In this document: one piece after another, positions 17,319 through 26,596 of the stretch
Position numbering within the stretch: the stretch's first letter is position 1
How the letters are laid out: each line of letters begins with the position of its first letter
Origin: an uncultured Acidobacteriaceae bacterium
Lineage (GTDB): Bacteria; Acidobacteriota; Terriglobia; Terriglobales; Acidobacteriaceae
Reading direction: 5' to 3'
Assembly: GCA_964246235.1 (NCBI GenBank)
Contig: CAXTPR010000010.1
Coordinates: 1,946-65,945 of the forward strand
Length of the DNA stretch: 64,000 nt
Program-made: the position numbers and the translations under genes
Notes under the pieces: model-generated
Told to the model about the DNA's origin: nothing
Database searches by the model: none
What the model saw: the letters and a program-made list of their open reading frames with translations, nothing else

Positions 17319-19148
17319 CTACTCCAACGCGATGAGCAACCCCTCGCCGCCCTCCAGCGTGACCTCGCCCTCCACCGCCGCGCCTTCGCCATCCAGCAGC
17401 GTGGTCAAGACCACCGTCCCCTTGGGGCTCTGCGTCTTGATCTCCTCGCTGCCCAGGTTCAGCAGCACCAGGAAGTCGCTGCTGTGGCCCTCCTCCAGGC
17501 CCACGCGCCGATAGCGCAGCAGCGTGCCCTTCGCGGCAATGTCGGCTATGCCGCCCACATGCAGCGTGTCATGCTGGCGGCGCAGGTGCAACAGCTTGCG
17601 ATAGAGGGTCAGCATGGAGCGCTTGTCTTGGCGCTGCACCGCCGCGTTGCGGGTCGGCCAGTCCGCCTGCAGCGGCAGCCAGGGCGTGGCCTCGGGTGTG
17701 GTGAACCCCGCGTTGGGTGCGTTCACCCACAGCATGGGCGAGCGCTCTGGGTCGCGGCCACGGCCCTTGCCGGGTTCATTCTTCTCGGCAGGATCGCGCA
17801 CCTGGCCGGGCGCGATCGGCACGTCCTCCATACCCAGCTCGTCGCCATAATAGAGCGTGGGCGTGCCGCGCAGCGTAAGCAGCAGCATCGCCGCCACACG
17901 CGCCTGCTTCGCACCGATGCGTGAAGCCAGGCGCGGCTGGTCGTGGTTGCCGAGCACGTAGTTCGGCCAGGCACCAGGAGGGAGCAGCCGTTCGTAGGTG
18001 GTGATGATCTCGGCGACGGCTGCGGCGTTCCATGCGGTCTGGATGAGGTGGAAGTTGAAAGGGAGGTTCGCGCCCTGAAGCTGGCCGCGCATACCGGCCG
18101 CCGGCCTCTCCGGCATGCCGTAGTAGCGGACCAGCTCCGGCAGGGGCAGGTAAATTTCGCCGATCAGCACACGGTTGCTCAGCCCAGAGGCGAGACTCCG
18201 TTGATCACGTGCAGGAGCAGACGCAGATCCTCCGCCTTCGGCGAAGGATGACAAGAAAGAGGGCGACTTCGGTTCCGTCCCCTTCTCCTTGTTCCCTGTT
18301 TCCTTTCTCCCCGGCAGTGTGTCCGGGTAGCCATCGAGGATCGTCCGCATCTCCGCCACGATCTCGTGCGTTTCCGGCTGATCGGATGTGTAGACCGGCA
18401 GCGTGGCAGCGTAATCGTGCATGTCTCCGTGGTAGTCCGGGTTAGGCGGGTTGCTGCGGAAGTGTGCGTCCTTGATGAGCAGCCAAAGCACATCCATGCG
18501 GAAGCCGTCGACACCGCGGTCCAGCCAGAATTGCATAGCCGCATAGATCGCGGCGCGTACCCTGGAACTGCGCCAGTTCAGGTCGGGCTGCTCCTTCAGA
18601 AAGGAGTGGCAGTAGAACTGCTCGGTTTCGGCGTCCCACGTCCATGCCGGGCCGCCCAAGTGCGACATCCAGTTGTTGGGATATTGCACGCTGCGTGGCC
18701 GGGTGTCTTCGCCAGGCTGCAGCCCTGGGTACGGCGCGGGGTCGTGCCACAGGTACCAGTCGCGCTTGGGGCTTTCGCGCGAGGCGCGCGACTCGCGGAA
18801 CCACGGATGAAGATCGGAGCTGTGATTTGGCACGAAGTCCAGAATCACGCGAAGACCCTTGCCATGTGCGGTAGCTAGCAGGTCATCGAAGTCGGCCAGC
18901 GTGCCGAAGAGCGCGTCCACGCCGGTGTAGTCGGCTACGTCGTAGCCGAAGTCCGCCATCGGCGAGGGATAGAAGGGTGAGATCCAGAGAGCGTCTACGC
19001 CCAGGCCGGCGATGTAGTCCAGACGAGCCGTAATGCCGCGTAGATCCCCGATGCCGTCGCCGCCGGTGTCCTGAAAGCTGCGCGGGTAGATCTGGTAGAT
19101 CACGCCCGTTTGCCACCACTGCTGCCCTGAAACCTCAGTGTCCGCCAT
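17319..19148 (-). CDS. GH13 alpha-glucosidase / alpha-amylase family protein with a 50-aa insertion
   Basis: YQIYPRSFQD, DFGYDVADY, DFVPNHSS; catalytic DGFRMDV, LIGEIY and LGNHD all intact. Confidence 0.93.
   Translation of the reverse strand: MADTEVSGQQWWQTGVIYQIYPRSFQDTGGDGIGDLRGITARLDYIAGLGVDALWISPFYPSPMADFGYDVADYTGVDALFGTLADFDDLLATAHGKGLRVILDFVPNHSSDLHPWFRESRASRESPKRDWYLWHDPAPYPGLQPGEDTRPRSVQYPNNWMSHLGGPAWTWDAETEQFYCHSFLKEQPDLNWRSSRVRAAIYAAMQFWLDRGVDGFRMDVLWLLIKDAHFRSNPPNPDYHGDMHDYAATLPVYTSDQPETHEIVAEMRTILDGYPDTLPGRKETGNKEKGTEPKSPSFLSSFAEGGGSASAPARDQRSLASGLSNRVLIGEIYLPLPELVRYYGMPERPAAGMRGQLQGANLPFNFHLIQTAWNAAAVAEIITTYERLLPPGAWPNYVLGNHDQPRLASRIGAKQARVAAMLLLTLRGTPTLYYGDELGMEDVPIAPGQVRDPAEKNEPGKGRGRDPERSPMLWVNAPNAGFTTPEATPWLPLQADWPTRNAAVQRQDKRSMLTLYRKLLHLRRQHDTLHVGGIADIAAKGTLLRYRRVGLEEGHSSDFLVLLNLGSEEIKTQSPKGTVVLTTLLDGEGAAVEGEVTLEGGEGLLIALE
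18223..18254 (-). repeat. REP-like palindrome (copy B) in frame inside the GH13 gene
   Basis: Minus strand TTGTCATCCTTCGCCGAAGGCGGAGGATCTGC has the same ends as copy A. Confidence 0.72.
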
Positions 19149-19286
19149 ACGGCTGATTGGATGCAGGAGGCGCGTTCAGGGAAAGGTTCAACGCCAGGCG
19201 CGCCACGAGCGAGCAGGAACGCGAAGCAGCCGTGGCGTTCCCTTGGCGTGCTTCGCGCTCTCGGCGTCAAGGCTTCCGCTCGCGCG

Positions 19287-19292
19287 TAGCAT
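19287..19292 (+). promoter_or_regulatory. Putative -10 (TAGCAT) 7 nt before ATG 19300, leaderless-type
   Basis: TAGCAT-GAAAAAC-ATG. Confidence 0.45.
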
Positions 19293-19299
19293 GAAAAAC

Positions 19300-19944
19300 A
19301 TGATCGCCGCCGCCAATGAGTTGGATGACCTGCTGCTGGAAGCCGAGCGCGCCCATGGCCACCTTTGCGCAGGCCAGGTCCTCGGGGTGCGCATGGCCCT
19401 GCTGGCCTTCGCGCGGCTGGGCGTCCATGAGCCTCGCAAGCGCACGCTCGCGAGCGGCGAGATCAACCCGGACCGCAAGCGCCTGGTCGTCTTCTGCGAG
19501 ATCGACCGCTGCGCGACGGACGCCATTGGGGTGTGCAGCGGCGCGCGTGTAGGCAAACGCGCGCTCAAGCTGCGCGACTGGGGCAAGATGGCCGCCACGT
19601 TCGTCGATCTGAACCGCCCCTTGGGCGCTGGCGACTACGAGGGGCTGCGCGTCGTCGCGCTGGAAAGCTCCAAGGAACTCGCGCGCGGCTTGTGTCCGGA
19701 GCTGCCGAAAGGCGAGCAGCAGATGCGCGCCTATCGCGAGCTGCCCGATAGGGACCTGTTCGGCGAAGTGCGTGTGCGCGTGCCGCTGCCGCCCAGCGAG
19801 TTTCCCGGCTACAAGGGCGAGCGCTTGGTGTGCCCACGCTGCGGCGAGGGGGTAAACTTCGATCGCTTTACCGACCGTGATGGCGAGCGCCTGTGCGTCA
19901 GCTGCGCCGAGCCCTCACTGCGCTACTACGAGCCTCTGACATGA
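19300..19944 (+). CDS. FmdE/FwdE family protein with C-terminal zinc finger
   Basis: HGHLCAGQVLGVRM, EIDRCATDAI, CPRCGE...CVSC. Alternative start at ATG 19291. Confidence 0.88.
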   Translation: MIAAANELDDLLLEAERAHGHLCAGQVLGVRMALLAFARLGVHEPRKRTLASGEINPDRKRLVVFCEIDRCATDAIGVCSGARVGKRALKLRDWGKMAATFVDLNRPLGAGDYEGLRVVALESSKELARGLCPELPKGEQQMRAYRELPDRDLFGEVRVRVPLPPSEFPGYKGERLVCPRCGEGVNFDRFTDRDGERLCVSCAEPSLRYYEPLT

Positions 19945-20012
19945 GTACAACGCAGAAGCCGCCCCAGTGGAGCGGGCGGCTTCGTATGCGAACGTTCGAT
20001 TTCAAGGTGGGC

Positions 20013-20363
20013 TTAGTAGCGGGGGCCGTAGAAGCCATCGTGATGACGGAACCACTCATGCCTCCGCCACTCCTCCTGGCGGCGCAGCTCTTCATAGCGG
20101 CGATGCTCCCAGTAACCGGGACCGGGACCGGGACCATAGCCATACCCGTAGCCGGGTTCGATAAATCGTGGCGGAGGCGGGGGCGGCGCGTAGTAGCGCG
20201 GGCCGCCAAACTGCACGCCGATGGCGAAGTGTTGAGCCTGCGCGGCTGGTGCGGCCGCGAGGGCGGCTCCGGCAAGCGCTGCGGCTGCCAGAACGCGGGT
20301 TGCTTTCCCATTCAGGTTGCGGATGCTGCATGTAAGCTTCGCGGTGATGTCGGATAGCTTCAT
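20013..20363 (-). CDS. Small secreted Pro/Gly/Tyr-rich protein
   Basis: GGAGG SD and ATG 20363; Ala-rich signal ending AQA-Q; PPPPPP, GYGYGYGPGPGPG, and Arg/Glu/Trp-rich tail. Confidence 0.75.
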   Translation of the reverse strand: MKLSDITAKLTCSIRNLNGKATRVLAAAALAGAALAAAPAAQAQHFAIGVQFGGPRYYAPPPPPPRFIEPGYGYGYGPGPGPGYWEHRRYEELRRQEEWRRHEWFRHHDGFYGPRY

Positions 20364-20473
20364 GGTGTTACCTCCTGCAGGCGCTTGCTGCTTTCGCCGT
20401 GCCTTTAGATAAACGCCGAGCCACGCACCGTGTTGCGCGCAACATTCTGCCGAGGCTGTGTTCACAGGAACCG

Positions 20474-22231
20474 CTACTGCATAGTGAGAATGCCGCTCGC
20501 CGCGTCCTTGCCCGGTGCGGTACACGTAAAGCTCTCTGCGGCTTTTGGCGTGCCTGTCCCGTTGTAGCGCGGGTACATAGGCCACTCACACAGGGGACGG
20601 GTGCGTCCATTGTGATTGTCAGTCACCGTGAGCGTGGACGGCGCCACGCCCCGGTCCGCCCAGTCGTCCAGCACGCCGATCGGGTCGAAACCGGCGTCGA
20701 AGCGGCCGTCGCCATGGCCGAAACCGGGAATGATGTAGAGCCGCGCGAAGCTGGCCACCGCCTCCGCGCCCATGGTGCGTTGCAGCCTCTGGTAGAAGTC
20801 GATCGTGGAGGCTGTTGGGATGATGTTGTCGCGGCTTCCGTGCACCAGCAGGAGCTTGCCGCCTTTGGCGAGGAAGCGCTGCAGGTTGGTGTCGGTCGCG
20901 TCGATCTCGCGGCCTTCAATGAGCAGCTCATCGTTGTAGGACTGCCCGGTCGTGGTGTCGAAGTGGAGCGCGTTGTAGTGGTGGCCGACGCTGAGGAAGT
21001 TGCGCAGCACGTCATCCCCGATGACATAGCCGAAGGAGTTGAAAAGAAAGATCGGGCTGTGCAGCGGAAACGGCAGCAGGCCCATGGCGCCGGTGAGGTC
21101 TACCCCCGCGAGCACGTTATAGCCGGGCATGCTGTCGATGCCGTGCGATACGGACATTACGGTGCGTTGCGGCGTGGCGAAGACCTCCAGAGTATGCAAC
21201 TGCGCGTCGGAAAGGCAGCCGTGGTGGCTTCTGCCATCCGCACAGCGAAAGCTGCTCGCTGGTACATGGCACGCGTCCGGGTTGGAGATGATCTTGTCCT
21301 TGAGACCATCAGCGGCATCGCACGCCTTTTCCACGGCGTGCGCGATCAGCTTGGTCTTGGAGACGCTCAGAAACCCCCCCTTGGCGTACAGCGCCTGCGC
21401 GGTGCGAATGAACTGCAGGTCGAGCTCAATCTGGTTCCATGCCGCATAGGCGGCGAGCACGCCGTCGTAGTCCTGCGGGTAGCGCTCGGCGGCGCGCAGG
21501 GCTTCGCGGCCTCCTGTCGAACCGCCTGCGAAGTACACCCGGCTCGGAGCTTTGCCGTAATGCGCCACAAGGAGCGCGACGGCCACATCATGAACCTTCT
21601 TGACCGCGTCGCCGGCGAAGTTGCGCTGCTGCTCCGCGTTGCGCGCAAACTTCGCGTTCAGCGCGTTGACGGCATCCGGAAAGGGAAAGTAATTGCGGTG
21701 ATGGCCGCCGTCGGAGCCGAATGTGGCGAAGCCTCGGCCCAGTGGCGTGGTCAGCGTTTTCAGTCCCACGGCCGTTCGCCCGCGACCGTCCGCAGGCTTC
21801 AGGTAACCGTCGAAGGTGCCCCCGCCGAAGTGGACGGCTTTGCCGTTCCAAGGCTCCGGCAGGTTCAGCTCGAAGCGGATGTCGTCGGCGTCCGCATCGA
21901 CCGGATGGATACGGCCCGTGATCCTGCAGAACGGCTCTCTTCCCTGATGAGCCTCATGCGCCGAAGTGACCGCGGCGCCGGTCGTCGGCAACCCGATCTG
22001 GGAGGCCGGCAAGGTGAAGTGCCGCAGCGCGCGACACTCGGTTTGCGCGTGGGCCGGCACGGGAAAGAAGCATGCCAGGAGCGCCGTAGCAAGTCCCGCA
22101 GACCAGTGTGTGGTGCCAGGACGCGATCCACCGAAGCGAGACCGCTGGTCCCTGGCCGACATCCTGACCGACATCCTGGCTGACATCCTGGCTGACATCG
22201 AGTGTTGCACTACCTTCAGAATACGACGCAA
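20474..22231 (-). CDS. Tannase/feruloyl esterase family alpha/beta hydrolase (start uncertain)
   Basis: FELNLPEPWNGK, SDGGH, YFAGGSTGGRE nucleophile elbow, YPQDYDG, KLLLVHG..D, PGFGHG, RPLC.WP.YP. Confidence 0.92.
   Translation of the reverse strand: MRRILKVVQHSMSARMSARMSVRMSARDQRSRFGGSRPGTTHWSAGLATALLACFFPVPAHAQTECRALRHFTLPASQIGLPTTGAAVTSAHEAHQGREPFCRITGRIHPVDADADDIRFELNLPEPWNGKAVHFGGGTFDGYLKPADGRGRTAVGLKTLTTPLGRGFATFGSDGGHHRNYFPFPDAVNALNAKFARNAEQQRNFAGDAVKKVHDVAVALLVAHYGKAPSRVYFAGGSTGGREALRAAERYPQDYDGVLAAYAAWNQIELDLQFIRTAQALYAKGGFLSVSKTKLIAHAVEKACDAADGLKDKIISNPDACHVPASSFRCADGRSHHGCLSDAQLHTLEVFATPQRTVMSVSHGIDSMPGYNVLAGVDLTGAMGLLPFPLHSPIFLFNSFGYVIGDDVLRNFLSVGHHYNALHFDTTTGQSYNDELLIEGREIDATDTNLQRFLAKGGKLLLVHGSRDNIIPTASTIDFYQRLQRTMGAEAVASFARLYIIPGFGHGDGRFDAGFDPIGVLDDWADRGVAPSTLTVTDNHNGRTRPLCEWPMYPRYNGTGTPKAAESFTCTAPGKDAASGILTMQ
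22151..22198. repeat. Tandem repeat, 4 x 12 bp, encoding MSAR-like units
   Basis: CCTGGCCGACAT CCTGACCGACAT CCTGGCTGACAT CCTGGCTGACAT. Confidence 0.9.
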
Positions 22232-22338
22232 CCTCCTGAGGGCATCGCTGCACGTGGGCCGGATGGGAGCGGCGCCCTATTCGCGCCGCCGCCCTCACCC
22301 CCAGCAGGACAGGATCTGCGCGTGTCTGACTTCGAGCC

Positions 22339-23325
22339 TCAACAACCCACACGTCGGCGGCCGCCCAGCACCTTCACTTGCCGGCCCACCGGCGCTGCTT
22401 CGCTCTGGCCGGGTGCCGCAATCCGCGGCTGACACGAGGGGCACCAGTAGGTCGAGCGCACCTGCTCGCCCTGCTTGCGCATCTGCACCAGCGCGCCGCA
22501 GCGTCGGCACTCCTGGCCCTGCCGGCCGTACACCCACAGCCGGTCGCCCGCGTTCATGTTGTTGGTGGTGCGCCGGTTGCCGCTGTAGGTCACGATGCCG
22601 TTCCCCAGCACGCCGGTTCCATCCTTGCCGTCGTTCACGTTGGCGCGCAGCCACTTCGCGCTGACCTCGGCCATCACTTCCATTTCGCGCCCGGTAACCG
22701 TGCGCAGGGCGCGGAACGGGTTGACGCCCGCTGCGAACGCCACCTCGCTCTTGTACACATTGCCGAGCCCCGCAATCACACGCTGGTTCAGCAGCGCTAC
22801 GGCGATCTCCTCGTCGGGGTGCGAAGTAGCCCGCGCTCGCAGCGCCGCCACGCCCTGGGCCACGGTGTACCCGTCTCCCAGCGCGTCCACGCCCAGCTTG
22901 GGTATTTGGGAGTACCTGGCAAGCGAGCGCTCCGTGTGGAACTCCGCGACCGGCACATTGAACGCCACCGCCACAAAGTCGCCGCACTCAATCGCGCAAC
23001 GCATACGGCTGCGCGGCATCCACCACGTCTCCGCCACGCCGTTGTTGCCCATCGCCGTGCGGTAGATGTGCCACGAGCCCGACATCAGCATGTGCGTCAC
23101 GAGGATCAGAGGCTCGGCTTGATGCGCAGCCGCGCCGGCGGAGAGGTGGATCAAACACCACTTCCCGCGCGCCTCCACCTTCTCCACTGTGCGTCCCGCA
23201 AGCTGCTTGTCATCGTTTACGCTGGCCAGCGTAGCCACGTTCGCTTCGAACGCTGTGACCACCTTGCCGCCAAGGGCCTTCTGCAACGCACGGGCACTGC
23301 GATAGATTGTGTCGCCTTCAGGCAT
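22339..23325 (-). CDS. Fpg/Nei family DNA glycosylase/AP lyase (endonuclease VIII-like)
   Basis: MPEGDT catalytic N-terminus, H2TH LLNQRVIAGLGNVYKSE, zinc finger CRRC...CPSC. Confidence 0.93.
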   Translation of the reverse strand: MPEGDTIYRSARALQKALGGKVVTAFEANVATLASVNDDKQLAGRTVEKVEARGKWCLIHLSAGAAAHQAEPLILVTHMLMSGSWHIYRTAMGNNGVAETWWMPRSRMRCAIECGDFVAVAFNVPVAEFHTERSLARYSQIPKLGVDALGDGYTVAQGVAALRARATSHPDEEIAVALLNQRVIAGLGNVYKSEVAFAAGVNPFRALRTVTGREMEVMAEVSAKWLRANVNDGKDGTGVLGNGIVTYSGNRRTTNNMNAGDRLWVYGRQGQECRRCGALVQMRKQGEQVRSTYWCPSCQPRIAAPGQSEAAPVGRQVKVLGGRRRVGC

Positions 23326-23403
23326 GGCTCAGGCCACCCTTGCCGCCGGCATACTGTTCAGCCAAACCACACAACCTTCCACCTGCTCCCGCACCTTCGT
23401 TCA

Positions 23404-24468
23404 TTAATTGTGCATCGCTTCGGAACACTGAATCGGATGATCGTGATCGGTGCTGGCATGTTGCGGGATCGCGCCCTGCTCCTTCAGCGTCTTTTCGGCC
23501 ACGGCCGCGGCGATTTCCGAGTTCACTTCCGCGCCCAGCAACAGCATCAGTCCGGTGATGTAGAACCACGTCAGCAGGATAATGACCGCGCCCAGCGATC
23601 CGTATGTCGCGGAGTAGCTGTTGAAGTAGTGCAGGTACACGCGCAGCCCCAGAGAAGCGGCAATCCAGCCGATGATCCCGATGGCCGCCCCCGGCGTGAA
23701 CCAGCGCCAGTGGCTGTTTTTTACGTCCGGCGCGTAGTAATAGATGATGGCGAACAGCAACATCAACAGCAGCAGCACCAGCACCCACGCCAGCAGCTTC
23801 ACCGTTCCCACTTCACCCAGCATCACGTAGTGCTGGTGGTGCAGGCCACGCACCTGCTTCACCGTAAAATCCGATGCCAGCAGCACGCCCAGCGTCATGA
23901 CGATCACCAGGCTGAGCATGAGCGTGACCAGCATCGCTTCGAGCTTCGCCTTCCAGTAAGGCCGTGTTTCCTTCACCTTGTAGACGATGTTGGCTGTGTC
24001 CTGGATCGCACCGAACCCCACACTCGCCGACCACAGCGCAAATACCAGGCCGAAGGCGATCTTGCCGCCGCTGCTGGCCTGCGTGGTTTGGTTGAATGTG
24101 TCGATCACCATCTGGTACGCCGAGTGTGGAATGACGATGGCGAGGTATTCCAGCATTGCGCTGTAGACCGCCGAAGCCCGCTTCGCGGCCAGGCCCATGA
24201 TGCTCGACGCGAACACCAGTGTAGGAAACAACGCGAACAGGAAGTAATAACCAAGCTCTGCCGCGCGTGACACCAAGTTGTCGTCAATAAATGACTTGAA
24301 GGTGCGCTTCATGACAACCGCCGCCGAAGCGCCTTGAAAGTCCCACAAGTTGTGCATGGGGGTCACCGACACATGGTCCCAGACACGCTGCGCCAGCGGA
24401 TCGACGTGTGCGATGGTGTGATCCTTGGGGTCCGCAGTTTTTGCTGACACGGTTGCGGGTTCAGCCAT
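23404..24468 (-). CDS. YihY/BrkB family membrane protein
   Basis: AAELGYYFLFALFP, ALWSASVG, YSATYGSLGAVIILLTWFY. GAGGAG SD before ATG 24468. Confidence 0.93.
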   Translation of the reverse strand: MAEPATVSAKTADPKDHTIAHVDPLAQRVWDHVSVTPMHNLWDFQGASAAVVMKRTFKSFIDDNLVSRAAELGYYFLFALFPTLVFASSIMGLAAKRASAVYSAMLEYLAIVIPHSAYQMVIDTFNQTTQASSGGKIAFGLVFALWSASVGFGAIQDTANIVYKVKETRPYWKAKLEAMLVTLMLSLVIVMTLGVLLASDFTVKQVRGLHHQHYVMLGEVGTVKLLAWVLVLLLLMLLFAIIYYYAPDVKNSHWRWFTPGAAIGIIGWIAASLGLRVYLHYFNSYSATYGSLGAVIILLTWFYITGLMLLLGAEVNSEIAAAVAEKTLKEQGAIPQHASTDHDHPIQCSEAMHN

Positions 24469-24605
24469 TTTCCGGTTCTCCTCGGCCCAGGCGTTCAGAC
24501 TAACTCTCGGCTCTAAGATGCAGAGTCTTCCGCCTAGGTTAGAGCAGGAGCGGGCAGGAACCACCCGCTGCGTCCTTCAGGGCCGCAGGCTCATCCACTG
24601 TCTAG

Positions 24606-25643
24606 ATGGCCCGCAGTTTCCCCTTTCCGCTCCGCAAGCTCGCCCAGCTTTACCATCTGGTCCGCGAAAGCCACCAGCAGCCGCTCAGCGGCGAACCACG
24701 GCTCATGCCCGTTGCAGCAATCGAGGAGACCTCGGTGACCTTCATCGGGCACTCCTCGTTCCTCGTCCAGACCGCCGGCCTGGGGGTCCTGATCGATCCG
24801 GTCTTCTCCACGCGGCTCGTCCTGCTGCGCCGCCAGCGCCGCGCCGGAGTGCTGGTGGGCGCACTGCCGCGCGTTGACGCCGTGCTGCTCACGCACGCCC
24901 ACATGGACCATCTCGACCGGCCCTCGTTGCGCGCCGTTACCCGCGAGATGCACCGCCGCGGCCTGCCGGCCCCCGTCGTCATCGTCCCTGACGGCGTAGC
25001 GGACCTCGTGGCCGGCCTGGGTTTCCGCAGCATCACGGAACTCCGCTGGTGGGAGTCCACCAGCTTGTCCCTGCCGCTTTCTCCCTCGCCAGCCAGGCCC
25101 TCTTCCGTGTTGTCCTTCCCGAATGGGGTGAAGGAATCCGCTTCCCGGCCCGCTGCCGGAGTCACCCTCACCATTACCGCCACTCCCTGTAAGCATTGGG
25201 GAGCGCGCCTGTTCCGCGACACGCATCGGGGCTTCGGCGGCTATGTGCTCTCGGGCCCATCCGTGCCGACGCTGTACCATTCCGGTGACACAGCCCGCTT
25301 CAGCGGCTTCACTGAGATCGGCCGTCGTCTCCGTCCCGAGATTGCGATGCTCCCAATCGGAGCCTACTTCCCGGACAGCTACCGAGCCGTTCACACCAGC
25401 CCCGAAGAAGCGCTTGAAGCTTTCCAGGATCTCGGCGCTGCCACCCTGATCCCCATGCATTACGGCAGCTTCCGTCTCGGCCGCGAGCCCATGTCCGAGC
25501 CGTTACCCCGGCTGCTCGCCGCCGCACGCCGCGAAGGCCTTGCCCACCGCATCAGGCCGCTCACCGAAGGCGAGACATGGATCCCCGGCAACAGGTTCGG
25601 AGCGGCAGAGTTGACGAAACCTGAAGTGGCTCTAAGCCGCTAG
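24606..25643 (+). CDS. MBL-fold metallo-hydrolase (NAPE-PLD/RomA-like)
   Basis: TFIGHSSF, LIDPVFS, THAHMDHLD metal motif, YHSGDT, LPIGAY, IPMHYGSF. Confidence 0.92.
   Translation: MARSFPFPLRKLAQLYHLVRESHQQPLSGEPRLMPVAAIEETSVTFIGHSSFLVQTAGLGVLIDPVFSTRLVLLRRQRRAGVLVGALPRVDAVLLTHAHMDHLDRPSLRAVTREMHRRGLPAPVVIVPDGVADLVAGLGFRSITELRWWESTSLSLPLSPSPARPSSVLSFPNGVKESASRPAAGVTLTITATPCKHWGARLFRDTHRGFGGYVLSGPSVPTLYHSGDTARFSGFTEIGRRLRPEIAMLPIGAYFPDSYRAVHTSPEEALEAFQDLGAATLIPMHYGSFRLGREPMSEPLPRLLAAARREGLAHRIRPLTEGETWIPGNRFGAAELTKPEVALSR
25110..25143 (+). repeat. Degenerate REP-like element (copy C) in frame inside the MBL hydrolase gene
   Basis: TTGTCCTTCCCGAATGGGGTGAAGGAATCCGCTT resembles copies A and B and lies in a Ser/Pro-rich loop insertion. 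Confidence 0.55.
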
Positions 25644-25699
25644 AGAAGCTTGCGTCGGCACAAGTCCTTAGCGCGGGGATCCGTCGGCAGGAGGAGCGC

Positions 25700-26572
25700 T
25701 CAGAAACGTCCCACGCCGCTCCGCAGCCCGCCCAGGATTGCCTCCAGAGCGCGCTCCGGAGGACCCTCCGGAACCGGTACGTCCATCTTGCCGCACAGGT
25801 TCGTTAGAATCCGCTGCGCCATCGTCTCGCGCGTGTCCATCGGCAGGTCCAGCGCCCGCGCAAAGAAGGTGTCGATGACCAGCAGGTCGTTCGCCCCTAG
25901 CCGCGCCAGCGCATCGGCAGGGAAGAGTGCACCCGCCGCCGCTGCGTCCCGCGCGCGCCAGATAGCCCAGGCATTGGCCGGCGTCTGGGCTGGCTGCGTG
26001 ATGAAAGTGCCGCCGCCCACCACGATCGGCTGCTCCTCGTGCGCTTCGTGCACCACGATGGTTCCGGCAGCGAGGTCGCCGATCCGCTTGTTGCGCCGGT
26101 TGCAGACCATGGTGATGACCCCCACCAGATACCAGCTTGGCAGCAGGTCTACCACGCGCAGCAGATTGCGCGCCATAGACTCAAAGAGTGTGATCTGCCG
26201 CCCCGCATCCTTGATCACCCGCAGCTTCAACAGCCGCTTGCCGGGCGTCTGCCCCTGCCAGAAGGCCTCGAAAAGCGCGAAGTAGCCCCACCACAGGCAG
26301 AACAGCACAAAAACGATTGCGGCCACGAACCACTTGCCCGCCGTGTCGAGACCCTTGGATGCATGCGCAGCTGAGCCCGACGGGTTGACCGCTTCGCCCC
26401 ACAGAACCATCCCCAGCCCGATCAGAAAGTAAATTGCGCCCTGGATCAGGTGGTCCACGATGACGGCGATGCCGCGGCTGCCGATCCCGGCTACGGGAAA
26501 GCGCAGCGCCACGCCTTCCGGCGTGTCAATATGAAGCTGATCGGAAAAGTTCTGCCGTGCGAACGCGCCCAT
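25700..26572 (-). CDS. RDD family membrane protein
   Basis: IDTPEGV, SRGIAVIVD, GQTPGKRLLKLRVI, RNLLRVVD, KRIGDLAAGTIVV. Confidence 0.92.
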   Translation of the reverse strand: MGAFARQNFSDQLHIDTPEGVALRFPVAGIGSRGIAVIVDHLIQGAIYFLIGLGMVLWGEAVNPSGSAAHASKGLDTAGKWFVAAIVFVLFCLWWGYFALFEAFWQGQTPGKRLLKLRVIKDAGRQITLFESMARNLLRVVDLLPSWYLVGVITMVCNRRNKRIGDLAAGTIVVHEAHEEQPIVVGGGTFITQPAQTPANAWAIWRARDAAAAGALFPADALARLGANDLLVIDTFFARALDLPMDTRETMAQRILTNLCGKMDVPVPEGPPERALEAILGGLRSGVGRF

Positions 26573-26596
26573 CGTTTTCGCCTGTGCTCCAGCCTT

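Noticed and set aside
20399-22183. 594-aa plus-strand ORF
   Set aside because: Antisense shadow of the tannase gene with no motifs; long stop-free antisense frames are expected at this GC content.
22339-23325. Fpg/Nei gene as part of an Lhr-Nei repair module
   Set aside because: No Lhr helicase in the window; the upstream gene is YihY, so no system can be claimed.
22378-24270. 630-aa plus-strand ORF
   Set aside because: Shadow of the Fpg/Nei and YihY genes; His/Arg/Ala-rich antisense composition.
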